Source: an uncultured Candidatus Saccharimonadales bacterium
Lineage (GTDB): Bacteria; Patescibacteriota; Saccharimonadia; UBA4664
Direction: 5' to 3'
Length of the DNA: 64,000 nt
Assembly (NCBI GenBank): GCA_964467655.1
Contig: CAYXSN010000005.1
Coordinates: forward strand, 16,920 to 80,919
A program made the translations under genes and the position numbers. The notes beneath the pieces were generated by a model. The model had not been told where the DNA came from, ran no database searches, and saw only the letters and a program-made list of their open reading frames with translations. Below, one piece after another: positions 22,228 to 33,072 of the stretch (positions within the stretch are counted from its first letter, which is position 1; each line of letters opens with the position of its first letter).

Positions 22228-22878
22228 ATGCCGCACAAATACCCAAACAAACCTCAGCACCACGGCCGCCGATTGCTAGCACTAGCCGCTCTGATTGCGG
22301 CTGTTCTAGGAACCAGTTACTATATTGCGGCCCACACGGTAACCCCCACGCCAACAGCAACCACTACCGATAATCATGAGGCAGCCGATAGTCAAACGTC
22401 TGGCGAAACGCTTGGTGATAAGGTTCAGAAACTGCAACCAGGCTTAGTTTCGGTTACTCAGATATTCGACGGCGATACCATTGAAGTCGATCTCAACGGC
22501 CAACGTGAGACCGTTAGGTTCATTGGCGTTGATACACCCGAGACCCATGATCCCCGTAAGCCGGTCCAATGCTACGGCCAAACAGCTGCCAAGTACACGA
22601 CCAAGCTACTAACTGGCCAAAAAGTCAGGCTGGAAGCCGATCCCCGCGACTCAAACCGCGATAAGTACAACCGCCTGCTACGCTATGTCTACCTCAGCGA
22701 TGGAAGCTTAGTAAACGCCAGACTCATCACTGAAGGATATGGGTTCGCTTATACTGTCTTTGACTACACCAAGATAGATGAATTCCGCTCACTCGAATCA
22801 GTTGCCCGTACTACCGGCAAGGGTCTGTGGCAGACCTGCCGCGTTGACGAATCCCAAACGATCAAACAAACTCTGTGA
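22228..22878 (+). CDS. Thermonuclease (SNase) family, membrane-anchored
   Basis: DGDTI, VRFIGVDTPE, DKYNRLLRYVY, GLW. Confidence 0.93.
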   Translation: MPHKYPNKPQHHGRRLLALAALIAAVLGTSYYIAAHTVTPTPTATTTDNHEAADSQTSGETLGDKVQKLQPGLVSVTQIFDGDTIEVDLNGQRETVRFIGVDTPETHDPRKPVQCYGQTAAKYTTKLLTGQKVRLEADPRDSNRDKYNRLLRYVYLSDGSLVNARLITEGYGFAYTVFDYTKIDEFRSLESVARTTGKGLWQTCRVDESQTIKQTL

Positions 22879-22882
22879 TGGT

Positions 22883-23272
22883 TTAGGCTGTAGGCTTGCC
22901 GAGCTTGGCACTCACCACCACTTGCATACTGTCACCGTCAGGCGTTGCAATCTCAGTAGCCTGAGTTTCACTGAAATAGGTAACTAAATGATGGCTCATA
23001 ATTTCCATTAAGTCTTTGTACTTAAACTTGAGCTCCTCAAGCTCTGAGTTGACTAACTGGTAGTCTTTATCTGATTCCAGAAGTTTCTTGGCTTTGGCTC
23101 GTTTCTCGGCCACACCTTTGAGTTCTTCGGCAATCGCGCGGTATTCATCGTTTTGTTCCATCACGTCTTTAAGCTGGTCTTTGACAGTCTTCATCTTCTG
23201 CCTAGTTTCAACCATTTCAATCATCAAGCGATGCACAGCCTGCAAAGTAGTTTGGTCTTCTTGTTCGTCCAT
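22883..23272 (-). CDS. Hypothetical coiled-coil protein
   Basis: AAGGA SD; helical, charged composition. Confidence 0.7.
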   Translation of the reverse strand: MDEQEDQTTLQAVHRLMIEMVETRQKMKTVKDQLKDVMEQNDEYRAIAEELKGVAEKRAKAKKLLESDKDYQLVNSELEELKFKYKDLMEIMSHHLVTYFSETQATEIATPDGDSMQVVVSAKLGKPTA

Positions 23273-23352
23273 GTGGTTCCTTCTTAGTAGTAATCAGCTA
23301 ACGTATTTATCCATAAGCTATCATAGTACAGATTTTGCGTTATGCTAGAGGT

Positions 23353-23760
23353 ATGGCCACTGCTCAAAGTTTAGTCAGAGACATCAAGCTATTCGGCAGT
23401 CTGGCGATTGTGTTTGGTAGCCTCATGATGTTTGCCAGCCTTGGCGGTGGCTTTATATATTTGGCCTCAAACGCCTATCTGACAACAGACCCCTGGCAGG
23501 CATGGCTGACGGTTACCGCCGCACTCATCACGGGCTGGACGATGGTTGGTATTGGTAATGAATTCGCCCGAGCCACCGAAAGCTCCATCAAGCACCATGA
23601 AGGCTTACGACTCGACTGGACAGCCCTGTTGGTAGTACTCGCAATCACTATGGTTTTGAGCGCTTGGACATTCCAACCCTTGGCTTTCCTATGTGCCCTT
23701 TGGATCCTAGGTTTATTCTGGGTAAGGATCAGTATCCTGCAGCTTATCAACTTGCATTAG
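23353..23760 (+). CDS. Hypothetical membrane protein (4 TM)
   Basis: Hydrophobic helices; -10-like TATGCT 6 nt before the ATG. Confidence 0.65.
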   Translation: MATAQSLVRDIKLFGSLAIVFGSLMMFASLGGGFIYLASNAYLTTDPWQAWLTVTAALITGWTMVGIGNEFARATESSIKHHEGLRLDWTALLVVLAITMVLSAWTFQPLAFLCALWILGLFWVRISILQLINLH

Positions 23761-24950
23761 TACCCAATGATAGTCAATTCCGTCTCGGCCCGGGTGACTG
23801 CCGTATACAACCATCGGCGCCAATCCTCGTCACTCGAACGAGGAAATCTTTCTTCGAATAATAACACCCGCGCCGCCTGTGAACCTTGGGCCTTATGCAC
23901 TGTCAGAGCATAGCCAAAGTCCCATAAATCACCCCGACCACCATCGGGCGCCAGCGGCATATCACGAGTTGTTTCAGCGGCGCCAAATTGGTCACGCCAG
24001 ATGTAGCCGTCGTATTCATAATCTTCACCCATAAGTTCGATTTGTGCCTCATACCAACCATTGGTGTCATCCAGCGCTGGCACAACCCGAAGAACAGTAC
24101 CCAACATCCCGTTATAGAGATGTTTAGTACGATTATTGCGCAAACATACCACGATATCTCCACTCTCGGGACCACTCGAAGTATGGTCACGCATGCTTCT
24201 CATAGCTTGGTTTAATTTAACGCGAGTAGTATTGTAGCCACACAAAACCATCATGGAATTCATATCGCCACCGAGCAATTCTTCAACAAGTTGACCAGTT
24301 TCAGCCTCACGCCGATCCAGTTTACGCACACCAGGCCCATATTCTTTCACCGGAATTACACCGGTTTGTCGGGCCAAAGTAGCCACTTCAATGATGGGGG
24401 AAAGGGCGGCTTGCCGCCAGATCTTCTCCAGGCGCACCTGCGGCTCGGCCATAAGGTTAAAACTTGAACCGACGGGCGGCAATTGTCCATGGTCGCCCAC
24501 GGCTAATACCGGAATACCAAATCCCAACAAGTCGCGCCAGATGGTTTCGTCAACCATCGAAGCTTCGTCAACAATTACTAGACTGCGGTCTAGGCGGTCT
24601 TTACGAACCCAACGGACAGCCCCGCCACCGGCATCTTCGGCGTCATAAATGAGGCTGTGCAAGGTACCGACACTATCACCCCGTCGGGCTGCTCCTGCTT
24701 CCCGTAACCGACTCGCCAGTACTCTGGCAGCTTTGCCGGTATAGGCACAAAAACCCACCTTAGCGGATTCATCGAGATCTCCCAATGCCTGTCGCAAATA
24801 CCCAATCAACGTCGTTTTCCCCGTTCCCGCATATCCGCCCAGGGTTATAAAAGGCGTCGATTGGGACCGGTACCAACGACCAATTTCCCTGATGGCTGCC
24901 GCTTGTTCGACTGACAATTCTACGCGCATAACCTCACTATTATGCGCCAA
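23757..24950 (-). CDS. RecD/Dda-like SF1B DNA helicase
   Basis: GYAGTGKTT, VDEASMV, GDHGQLPPV, YALTVHKAQGS, YTAVTRA. Confidence 0.92.
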   Translation of the reverse strand: MAHNSEVMRVELSVEQAAAIREIGRWYRSQSTPFITLGGYAGTGKTTLIGYLRQALGDLDESAKVGFCAYTGKAARVLASRLREAGAARRGDSVGTLHSLIYDAEDAGGGAVRWVRKDRLDRSLVIVDEASMVDETIWRDLLGFGIPVLAVGDHGQLPPVGSSFNLMAEPQVRLEKIWRQAALSPIIEVATLARQTGVIPVKEYGPGVRKLDRREAETGQLVEELLGGDMNSMMVLCGYNTTRVKLNQAMRSMRDHTSSGPESGDIVVCLRNNRTKHLYNGMLGTVLRVVPALDDTNGWYEAQIELMGEDYEYDGYIWRDQFGAAETTRDMPLAPDGGRGDLWDFGYALTVHKAQGSQAARVLLFEERFPRSSDEDWRRWLYTAVTRAETELTIIGY

Positions 24951-25038
24951 AACTTGGAACTTCGACCAGTGATACTATCAAGCTCTGGCACTATGATGGC
25001 TGCTATAGAAGTAAAGTGAGTAGTGAGGTGTGCGCGTT

Positions 25039-25269
25039 ATGAAAGACCATGACCAAAGGTTCCAGGAACAACGTTTAAGCGAAATTCTAGGCGCCAGTCG
25101 CTTGGATGACGTCGGCAAATCCCAAGCCATCATCAGACTTGGTTTCGATCCCGAAATTGCCGACGAACTGGTTGAGCGTCACCATTTGGGTCGGCGACAA
25201 CCCGAGTATTACGAGACACTCAACTTTGCTGATCTCGATGACCTGCCCGCGCCCAACCGACACACCTAG
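25039..25269 (+). CDS. Small hypothetical protein
   Basis: GAGGTG SD-like sequence; fills the gap between genes. Confidence 0.5.
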   Translation: MKDHDQRFQEQRLSEILGASRLDDVGKSQAIIRLGFDPEIADELVERHHLGRRQPEYYETLNFADLDDLPAPNRHT

Positions 25270-25305
25270 TTTAACGTGCGGATCTAGCCTATAATAGCTA
25301 GCATT

Positions 25306-26004
25306 ATGACCGAAACCCCCCACGTACTTGTTGCCGAACATATCTCCAAAACGTACGGCCGCGGCGCCAACGCTTTTACTGCACTGTCGGATGTATCATT
25401 GGCGATCGCCTCAGGCGAGACGATTGCCATAGTCGGTAAGAGTGGTTCAGGCAAAAGTACGCTTATGCATATTCTGGCATTGCTTGATAGCCCAACTCAA
25501 GGTCGGCTCTCGGTATCAGGGCAATTGGCGGCCGACTTATCGAGTCGTGAATTAGCCCGGTTGCGCAATCAGACATTTGGGTTTGTGTTCCAGCAATTCT
25601 TTCTGAATAGTTCAAACTCAGTGCTCGACAACGTCACACTACCTCTCAAAATTGCCGGCATGGGCCGACGAGAACGTCGGGCCAAAGCTCTCGAGGTGCT
25701 CAAACAAGTCGATCTCGCTGACAAAGCCAATGCAAACGCCGGCGACCTTTCGGGTGGCCAGAAACAGCGGGTCGTCATCGCCCGCGCCCTCGTCAACCAG
25801 CCCAAGGTTATATTTGCCGACGAACCGACAGGCAATCTTGATTCGGCAACCGGTCAATTAGTTGAAAATCTGCTATTTAAGCTCAATGCCGAACAAGGCA
25901 TTACCCTGGTAGTCGTCACTCATGACAACGATTTAGCCAAACGCTGCCACCGCCAGGTCCATATCAAAGACGGCCAGGTCATGGCGCCCATGAGGAGGCT
26001 ATAG
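25306..26004 (+). CDS. ABC transporter ATP-binding protein
   Basis: [24 protein letters not shown]. Confidence 0.95.
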   Translation: MTETPHVLVAEHISKTYGRGANAFTALSDVSLAIASGETIAIVGKSGSGKSTLMHILALLDSPTQGRLSVSGQLAADLSSRELARLRNQTFGFVFQQFFLNSSNSVLDNVTLPLKIAGMGRRERRAKALEVLKQVDLADKANANAGDLSGGQKQRVVIARALVNQPKVIFADEPTGNLDSATGQLVENLLFKLNAEQGITLVVVTHDNDLAKRCHRQVHIKDGQVMAPMRRL

Positions 26005-26006
26005 CC

Positions 26007-27305
26007 GTGAAACTACTTGATATCTTAGTTACTGCTAGCACCAATACCTTCCGCTCCAAGCTCAGAACAGTTCTCACAGTAATCGCTATTTTCATTGGAG
26101 CCTATACCCTCACACTCACCACTGGTTTGGGCCGTGGCATTTCGCACTATATCGATGATCAGCTCGGTAGCCTGGGTGCCAAGAATGTCCTCATGATTAT
26201 GCCGTCTTCAGACAATGGCTTTAGTTCGCCCAACGATCCACCCAAAAAATATGATCCAGCCAAAAAGACCCAAAGCATTGAATCTGAGGGCAACCGAACC
26301 ATCTCATTGATGAGTGAAGAGGATTTAGATAAATTCCGCAAAATCGATGGTATCAAATCGGTCACCGCTTACCGGCAAGCCGCCATGGATTATATCAGTG
26401 GGCCAAATAATCAAAAGCTCGTAGGCAATTTGAATTTGCTCTTAGACGGCGAAACTCACGCCACTGAAGCCGGCCAGGTGCCGCTCAATTCATCTGATAT
26501 ACCCCAGATTATGATCCCGAGCAACTATGCAACTGCCCTCGGTTTCGATGACGCTGCGGGCAGCATTAACCAGACGATTACCATCGGCCTGACCAATGGC
26601 CGAGGCGAAGCAGCCGTTCTGAAAATTACCAACATTGGTGTCGCCCAAAAAAGCTTACTCACAAGCGGCTACATTTACGTCAATCAAGCCGCCATGGCCA
26701 AACTAGTGAGTTTACAAAACCAAGGCGCCCCTGAAACAGCCACCAAATATTTTCAAGTGGCGACGGCGAATCTGGGAGACAATGTGGCCACGAGTAAATT
26801 AGCTCAGATTAAAGCTGAGTTGAAAAAATTAGGTTTTGAGGGCGTAACCGTGCAAGACCAGATCGGCGTCATCAAAACCATCATAAATGCCATTATCGCC
26901 GTACTCAACGGTTTCGCCATTATTGCTTTACTGGCCGCCGGCTTTGGCATTATTAATACACTGTTAATGAGCGTCCAGGAACGCACGAAGGAAATTGGAC
27001 TCATGAAAGCTATGGGTATGTACGCCCACAAAATCTTCCTACTGTTCTCGTTTGAAGCCGTCATTTTAGGATTCTGGGGTAGCGTTTCAGGAGTACTGTT
27101 TGCTATTGCTACCGGAACTATCGTGAACCAAATTCTCATGAAGGGACTCCTCAAAGATCTATCGGGCTTACAACCTTTGAGCTTCTCAGTCGAATCAGTC
27201 TTGCCGATTATGGCCATTGTCATGGGACTGGCCTTTGTAGCCGGAACTCTGCCGGCCATTCGGGCTGCCCGCCAAGACCCGATTAATTCTTTGCGCTACG
27301 AATAA
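26007..27305 (+). CDS. MacB/FtsX-type ABC permease
   Basis: KLRTVLT, SVQERTKEIGLMKAMG, PAIRAARQDPINSLRYE. Confidence 0.93.
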   Translation: MKLLDILVTASTNTFRSKLRTVLTVIAIFIGAYTLTLTTGLGRGISHYIDDQLGSLGAKNVLMIMPSSDNGFSSPNDPPKKYDPAKKTQSIESEGNRTISLMSEEDLDKFRKIDGIKSVTAYRQAAMDYISGPNNQKLVGNLNLLLDGETHATEAGQVPLNSSDIPQIMIPSNYATALGFDDAAGSINQTITIGLTNGRGEAAVLKITNIGVAQKSLLTSGYIYVNQAAMAKLVSLQNQGAPETATKYFQVATANLGDNVATSKLAQIKAELKKLGFEGVTVQDQIGVIKTIINAIIAVLNGFAIIALLAAGFGIINTLLMSVQERTKEIGLMKAMGMYAHKIFLLFSFEAVILGFWGSVSGVLFAIATGTIVNQILMKGLLKDLSGLQPLSFSVESVLPIMAIVMGLAFVAGTLPAIRAARQDPINSLRYE

Positions 27306-28506
27306 GTTCCCGCCAGTCCAGCTTGCGAGCATATTCCAATGAACCGTATTGAAAAGTTCTAATAGCCAACCGCATACACAATACTGCCGTACACCAAACT
27401 ATAAAGACCCCAACAGCCAGTACTTCCCAGGACGCATTGCCAACCGCATTGCGCAACATGAGCGTAATGGGTGCCGTCAAAGGAAAGTAGGTGAGAACCT
27501 GGACCAATACTTGACCCGGTGACGACACGATGGCAGTCAGAGCATAAAACGGCAAAAACATCGAGATAATAGCAGCACCAAAGTAACCACTAGCCTCCTT
27601 GGCCGTAGGCACAGCTGCCCCGATCGTTACTAATATCCCGGTAAACATCAAGAACCCACCGGCCAGCAGTAAGGCACCCACCAGGATTGGCCAAGGTGCC
27701 AGACTGACACTAGCCAGATCAAATGAGGGTAACTTTAACTGATCCCGCCAGCCGATATAGGCGACTACTACCGGTAGCAACACTGCCACGATCTGAATGA
27801 CACCCATAGTTACTAGGGCCCAAAGCTTGCCGCTCATCAAGGTGCGCGCCGGCATACTCGTCAACAACAGCTCCACCACTCTGTTTTCTTTCTCTTCGGT
27901 CGTACTGGTGAGCATTTGGTTACCCAACAGCACAATCACCACGTACATGAGGACCAAAAAGATTCCCGGAGCCACCACCCGGCCGAAACCCTTAGTGGGC
28001 TTACCTTTGTCATAGGTCGTCAGGTCTACGTTGAGACCAGATTGAAATAGGGTAACCGCCTCAGATGATCCAAGTTTGATAGCCAGGCTGCCTTGCATCA
28101 GTTGCTGCGCCAAGCTGCTGTACTTGTTGTTATCCATGAGTCCCGCATCAGCCGCCACCACCAAAGTTTTTTGTTTCGTAGGATCAACCGGAAAATGAAT
28201 AAACGCCGTTAATTCACCGGCGGTTACTTGAGCAGCCTCAACGGAGGCATTAGTCGCGAGATGCCCACCGCTCGCAATCACTATTTCAGGCGATACCAAA
28301 CCTGATTCATCAAGTACGCTAAAACTAAACTTGCTAGCCTTGAGAGCTTCACCGGCTTCGGTACCCACTTGGGCCGAGAAAAACGACAGACTGAGCACTG
28401 CAGCAATCATCAGTGGAACCGACAGTGTCCTGATCCAAAAGCTTTTCTTAGTAATACTGCGCCACAGTTCAAACCAGTAGACAGTCCACCAACGATTAAG
28501 CCTCAC
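27283..28506 (-). CDS. ABC-2 family permease (NatB/YhaP-like)
   Basis: EEKENRVVELLL, L.GK, YFPLTAP; GTG start overlapping the ATPase stop. Confidence 0.88.
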   Translation of the reverse strand: MRLNRWWTVYWFELWRSITKKSFWIRTLSVPLMIAAVLSLSFFSAQVGTEAGEALKASKFSFSVLDESGLVSPEIVIASGGHLATNASVEAAQVTAGELTAFIHFPVDPTKQKTLVVAADAGLMDNNKYSSLAQQLMQGSLAIKLGSSEAVTLFQSGLNVDLTTYDKGKPTKGFGRVVAPGIFLVLMYVVIVLLGNQMLTSTTEEKENRVVELLLTSMPARTLMSGKLWALVTMGVIQIVAVLLPVVVAYIGWRDQLKLPSFDLASVSLAPWPILVGALLLAGGFLMFTGILVTIGAAVPTAKEASGYFGAAIISMFLPFYALTAIVSSPGQVLVQVLTYFPLTAPITLMLRNAVGNASWEVLAVGVFIVWCTAVLCMRLAIRTFQYGSLEYARKLDWRELIRSAKN

Positions 28507-29401
28507 GGTAAATCTCCAGAAAAATATCATCAATGCGCGACTGGCGTTGTTCAAAACGAGTAACAATCAGCTGGGGTTGTGATGCTAGCTCCCGCCAGAC
28601 ATCAGCCACACGGGACCCGTATGTAAATTCAAGCTCTGCCTGGCGACCCGTTTGCCGTTTGATAGTATACGAAGTCGCTTTGGCAGCTAACCGGCCCTGG
28701 AATTCCAAATCAATCAATGGCATCCCGTATTGCTGCCGAACCGCTTCGATTTCGCCTGATACATAATTGCATCCATCCTTAAGCAGCAATACATGGTCGC
28801 ACAATCTTTCGACCTCTTCCATCTGGTGCGTCACCAGTATAACGGTAGCTCCGGCCTTGGATCGCTCGGCCACCATATCCAGAAGCAAACGGCGGTTTAC
28901 GGGATCAAAGCCTTTGGTTGGCTCGTCAAGGATTAAGAGCTCAGGGTCGCCCATGAGTGTCACCCCCAGTTGGATTTTTTGCTGCTGTCCACCCGAAAGC
29001 GTCTCCAGACGCCGATGGCCCACATCTGCCAAATCAACTGCTTCCAGGTAGTTCTTCGACCACTGCCGGGCCGCCTGCGGCGACAGTCCCTTGAGTTGCC
29101 CAAAATACTGCATAGTAGCCAACACCGGCTCTTTTTTGTACAAACCTCTTTCCTCGGGTAGGTACCCCAAGAGGCGGTTCCGGTCGGGGCGATAGGGTAG
29201 GCCGTCGATGAGCAATGTACCGGCCACCGGTTCGATAATACCCAAAAGTGCCCGAATCGTCGTAGTTTTACCTGAACCATTGGCGCCCAAAAAGGCCAGA
29301 GTTTGGCCTTTTTCAACCGTAAACGACAGATCTTTTACGACAGTTGTCTGACCAAAATCAACCCTCAAATTCGCCACTTCAACCATAGATGATTTCGCCA
29401 T
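28496..29401 (-). CDS. ABC transporter ATP-binding protein (NatA/YhaQ-like)
   Basis: GANGSGKTT, GYLPEERGLY, LSGGQ, LDEP; start moved to ATG 29401. Confidence 0.93.
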   Translation of the reverse strand: MAKSSMVEVANLRVDFGQTTVVKDLSFTVEKGQTLAFLGANGSGKTTTIRALLGIIEPVAGTLLIDGLPYRPDRNRLLGYLPEERGLYKKEPVLATMQYFGQLKGLSPQAARQWSKNYLEAVDLADVGHRRLETLSGGQQQKIQLGVTLMGDPELLILDEPTKGFDPVNRRLLLDMVAERSKAGATVILVTHQMEEVERLCDHVLLLKDGCNYVSGEIEAVRQQYGMPLIDLEFQGRLAAKATSYTIKRQTGRQAELEFTYGSRVADVWRELASQPQLIVTRFEQRQSRIDDIFLEIYREA

Positions 29402-29421
29402 AATGGTATGATACACCATAG

Positions 29422-30309
29422 ATGAATACTTCCGACTACCAGCTTCAAACCGGCGCAGCCTTATACCCGGACGCTTTATATAACCGACCCTTGTCCCGGG
29501 TCGGTCGGACAAGCGGGCAACTGGTGACAATTGGGGGACACTTGCAGTCGTTTGCCTCAGCCGCAGCCTGGCCCGGTCTAGCCGAAGCCGCCGGCTTAGG
29601 CGTTTGCCGGTTATTGTTACCCGATAGTTTGCAGAAGTTAATTGGCTATGCCAGTGGCGTCGATTTCCTACCCTCAACACCGGCCGGCTCCATTGCCCAA
29701 GCAGCACTCCAGGAAATACTCCAAGCAACTGCCGATGCCGACGGCTTGGCCATGGGCTGGGATTTGTCAGGCAATTCCGATACCACGATTTTGCTTGAGC
29801 ACGTCATCGACAAGTCAGACAAACCCCTAGCCCTGTTTGGCGACGGTTTAGTCGCGCTCAGACACCGGCCGAAAGCCATTGCCACTTCCTCAAGCAACTG
29901 TCTCATTCTGACCCAAACCGAGGCCACTAAATTGGCAGCCCGGCTGGGCATTGGCATCGGTCCGGCCCAAGACACCGTAGTGCACAAACTTGAATTGCTA
30001 CACAAGCTTCATATCGAGCTACCGATCAACCTCGTTCTCGTTGGACCTCACATCGTCGTTATGACCACCGAAGGCGCAACAGTCACCCCCATACCAGCAG
30101 TTATGGCCCAAGAAAAAATGTTCATGACGGCAGTAATGTGTGCCTGGTGGATCCGGCACGCACCCAAAGCTTTGTCAGGACTGACCTGTGCGGCGTACAT
30201 TGTCAAGCAAACCGCTGCTGTGCTGCCCGCAGCAGCCACCTATACGCAAAGCCAGCTGTATCAGGCGCTCGACCAAGCCCTCAAACAAGCCGATGACACG
30301 ATTTGGTAA
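29422..30309 (+). CDS. Divergent NAD(P)H-hydrate dehydratase / YjeF-C ribokinase-fold protein
   Basis: GQLVTIGG, A..AGLG...LLLPD, STPAGS; catalytic GxGD not evident. Confidence 0.6.
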   Translation: MNTSDYQLQTGAALYPDALYNRPLSRVGRTSGQLVTIGGHLQSFASAAAWPGLAEAAGLGVCRLLLPDSLQKLIGYASGVDFLPSTPAGSIAQAALQEILQATADADGLAMGWDLSGNSDTTILLEHVIDKSDKPLALFGDGLVALRHRPKAIATSSSNCLILTQTEATKLAARLGIGIGPAQDTVVHKLELLHKLHIELPINLVLVGPHIVVMTTEGATVTPIPAVMAQEKMFMTAVMCAWWIRHAPKALSGLTCAAYIVKQTAAVLPAAATYTQSQLYQALDQALKQADDTIW

Positions 30310-30331
30310 CGCCTATGCTAAACTGAGAAGT

Positions 30332-31156
30332 ATGCCAAACCAGCTAACCTCAGATCAGCAAACAGCTATCGCTCAAGCGCTTGAGGCATTTGGCGGCGAC
30401 ACCCATAAAGTCATCAAGGCACTCGAAGATGCCGGCCGGCCTAACCGTCGCCGGCGAGCAGCACGCCACATCGCTCTGGGAGACACCATTATTAAGCTCC
30501 AAGGAGTATCGCGCCGGTACAAGATGGGCAAATCTGAAGCTGTCGGCGCCATCAACGACGTTTCAATCTCGATTTCTGAACATGAGTTTGTGGCCATCAC
30601 TGGCGCCAGCGGCTCAGGTAAAAGTACCTTGCTAAATCTGATTGGCGGGCTCGACAAGCCGAATGCTGGTACCATCACAGTCGCCGGCCACGACCTCACC
30701 AAACTATCAGACAGCGCCCTGTCAGGTTACCGCGGCCAAACGATTGGTTTTGTTTTTCAGTTTTTCTATTTGCAGCCCTTTTTGACCGTCAGCCGCAACC
30801 TGGAAGTACCGGCGATGTTTAGCCAGTTACCCGCAGCCAAACGAATCGACAGAATCAGAACCCTGGCTGAAGCTGTCGGCCTGACCGACAGGCTCGGCCA
30901 CCGTCCCAACGAACTCTCAGGCGGCCAGATGCAACGCGCCGCCATCGCTCGGGCCCTCGTCAACCAACCCCGCATCCTTTTGGCCGACGAGCCCACCGGC
31001 AACCTTGATTCTGTCAACGCCGAGGCTATTATCGATCTCTTCCATGAAGTGCGCGACACCTTTGGTACCACGGTTATCATCGTTACCCACGACGCCAAAA
31101 TTGCAGCCGGCGCCGACAGGGTCATCACCATGCACGATGGCAAAGTCGCCTCATGA
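30332..31156 (+). CDS. ABC transporter ATP-binding protein with N-terminal extension
   Basis: [24 protein letters not shown]; start moved to ATG 30332. Confidence 0.93.
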   Translation: MPNQLTSDQQTAIAQALEAFGGDTHKVIKALEDAGRPNRRRRAARHIALGDTIIKLQGVSRRYKMGKSEAVGAINDVSISISEHEFVAITGASGSGKSTLLNLIGGLDKPNAGTITVAGHDLTKLSDSALSGYRGQTIGFVFQFFYLQPFLTVSRNLEVPAMFSQLPAAKRIDRIRTLAEAVGLTDRLGHRPNELSGGQMQRAAIARALVNQPRILLADEPTGNLDSVNAEAIIDLFHEVRDTFGTTVIIVTHDAKIAAGADRVITMHDGKVAS

Positions 31157-33072
31157 TGAAATTCAAAGACAACTGGGTACTGGCCCTCACCAAACTACGC
31201 ACCCGCCGCATCAGACTTGCCATCACACTTGTGATGTCGGGTCTACTATTTAGTGTACTCATACTGGCCTCACTGACCGTTCGTGGTCTGGTCGCCAGCG
31301 TTACGTCATACACTCACGAAGGCCTCCTCAATCGCTTTTACGTGCTCACCAATAAAGTAGGTAGCACAATGTACCAGGACCCAACAGCCGAGCCCACTGA
31401 TGAGTCCACCAAAATATTAAACCGCGCCATCGCTATCAACGATGAGCTGATCGCCAAAAAAACCGCTGCCGCCAAGAAACAAGGCGTGCCATATGACCCC
31501 GCCACCGAGCTCAAACCCTACAGTTTGATGGAGGGTCCAAACGGGCAGGGTGGTACGGGTAAAAAAATCTTAGATCCCACCCATCCGGCGAGCATCCAGG
31601 CCACTGCTGAGCTCACCGATATCAAGGCTTTCTCACGCTCAGTGGAAGCCGCCGCCCAACGTCACGGCGCCAAAAAAAGCTATATAACCACACCGCTCTC
31701 CGGTCCCAACGACCATGTCAGTCTCAATTTGATCATTAACAACCAAGAAGCTGCGCCCACCGACCAGTCCAAAACGTCAGCCTACACTACCCAGGACGTT
31801 AACTTTGGCGGGCAAATTATCGGCATCGACAGCAATATGCTCAAAGACTACCAGTTGCCAGGGGCCGACATGTCGACAGACGGCAACATCATTCCGGTTG
31901 TAATGGCCACAGCCGCGGCCGAAAAGATTACCGGCCTGGCCGCCGTCTCCAATACTGCCACTTCCAAAGAACGCCTCGACCATCTCAAAGCCTTGCGACA
32001 AAAAGCCCTCAACCTCAAATTTGAAAGCTGCTACCGTAATCCCGCAGCTGCCACCAGGCTGGCCGAAGCTACGGCCCAGGCCAAAGACATGGCCGCGCAC
32101 AGCAAAGATGCCGGCTATCAAGCCCCTGAGGTTACTTATCAGATATCTGATAAGCCGTGCCAACCGGTAACCATCACCAAAGATACCCGCACCGCCCAAG
32201 CTAAGCTCTTGGCTGCTAAGCTTGAGGATTTTCAAGAGCAGTTCGGCGCCGCCAAACCTTTCACGAGCCTTGTTACCTTTCGAATTGTGGGCTTAGTTGC
32301 CACACCCAACTACGACTCAACAGGTTTTAGCATCAGTAATCTGGTACAAACCATGCTGACCTCCACTCAAATATCAAACTTCATGGTGCCCCAAGAAGCA
32401 GTTAAACAGCACCCGATTTTGGGCAAGCTCGATTTTTCACTCAGCCAAGAAGTCTGGGGCAGCCAGTACATCATCGTGGAATTTGCCGACCGCGAGCATC
32501 AAAAAGCCTTTATGACCAACGAGAGCTGTAACCCAGGTATGAATTTCAAAGACTGCGAACAACCTGGCAAGTTTATGGCCACACCTTACGGTAACCCCAT
32601 CGCCGTCTTATATGAAGCCCGCGACGCCACCAAGACGTTCCTCATGTGGGTGCTCGGCATTATCGCCGCCCTGTCAGCCCTCATTACGATGGGCACTATC
32701 GGCAAAGTGATTGCCGATTCACGCAAAGAAACCAGCGTCTTTCGCGCGCTGGGTGCCACCCGTAGTCAAATCGCTCAAATTTACCTACTCTACGCGCTCA
32801 TGCTAGGAGGCTTAAGTTTTGCATTCGCTTTTGTCGTCGGTGGCGCCTTGGCGTTACTAATCGATCTCAAAACCTCGGCCGGCCTAAGTGTTGAAGCAGC
32901 CACGGCTCTTAATACCGCCAACCTCGACAAACAATTCCATCTCATTGGTTGGAACCCACTCGATTTGGGCCTCATCCTGGCATTGGTGCTACTGACAGCC
33001 ATTCTCGGTGCCTGCCTGCCGCTACTCACCAACGTCCGCCGCAATCCCATAAACGATATGCGCAATGAGTAA
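31153..33072 (+). CDS. FtsX-like ABC permease with large extracellular domain
   Basis: SRKETSVFRALGAT, NVRRNPINDMRNE. Confidence 0.88.
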   Translation: MMKFKDNWVLALTKLRTRRIRLAITLVMSGLLFSVLILASLTVRGLVASVTSYTHEGLLNRFYVLTNKVGSTMYQDPTAEPTDESTKILNRAIAINDELIAKKTAAAKKQGVPYDPATELKPYSLMEGPNGQGGTGKKILDPTHPASIQATAELTDIKAFSRSVEAAAQRHGAKKSYITTPLSGPNDHVSLNLIINNQEAAPTDQSKTSAYTTQDVNFGGQIIGIDSNMLKDYQLPGADMSTDGNIIPVVMATAAAEKITGLAAVSNTATSKERLDHLKALRQKALNLKFESCYRNPAAATRLAEATAQAKDMAAHSKDAGYQAPEVTYQISDKPCQPVTITKDTRTAQAKLLAAKLEDFQEQFGAAKPFTSLVTFRIVGLVATPNYDSTGFSISNLVQTMLTSTQISNFMVPQEAVKQHPILGKLDFSLSQEVWGSQYIIVEFADREHQKAFMTNESCNPGMNFKDCEQPGKFMATPYGNPIAVLYEARDATKTFLMWVLGIIAALSALITMGTIGKVIADSRKETSVFRALGATRSQIAQIYLLYALMLGGLSFAFAFVVGGALALLIDLKTSAGLSVEAATALNTANLDKQFHLIGWNPLDLGLILALVLLTAILGACLPLLTNVRRNPINDMRNE

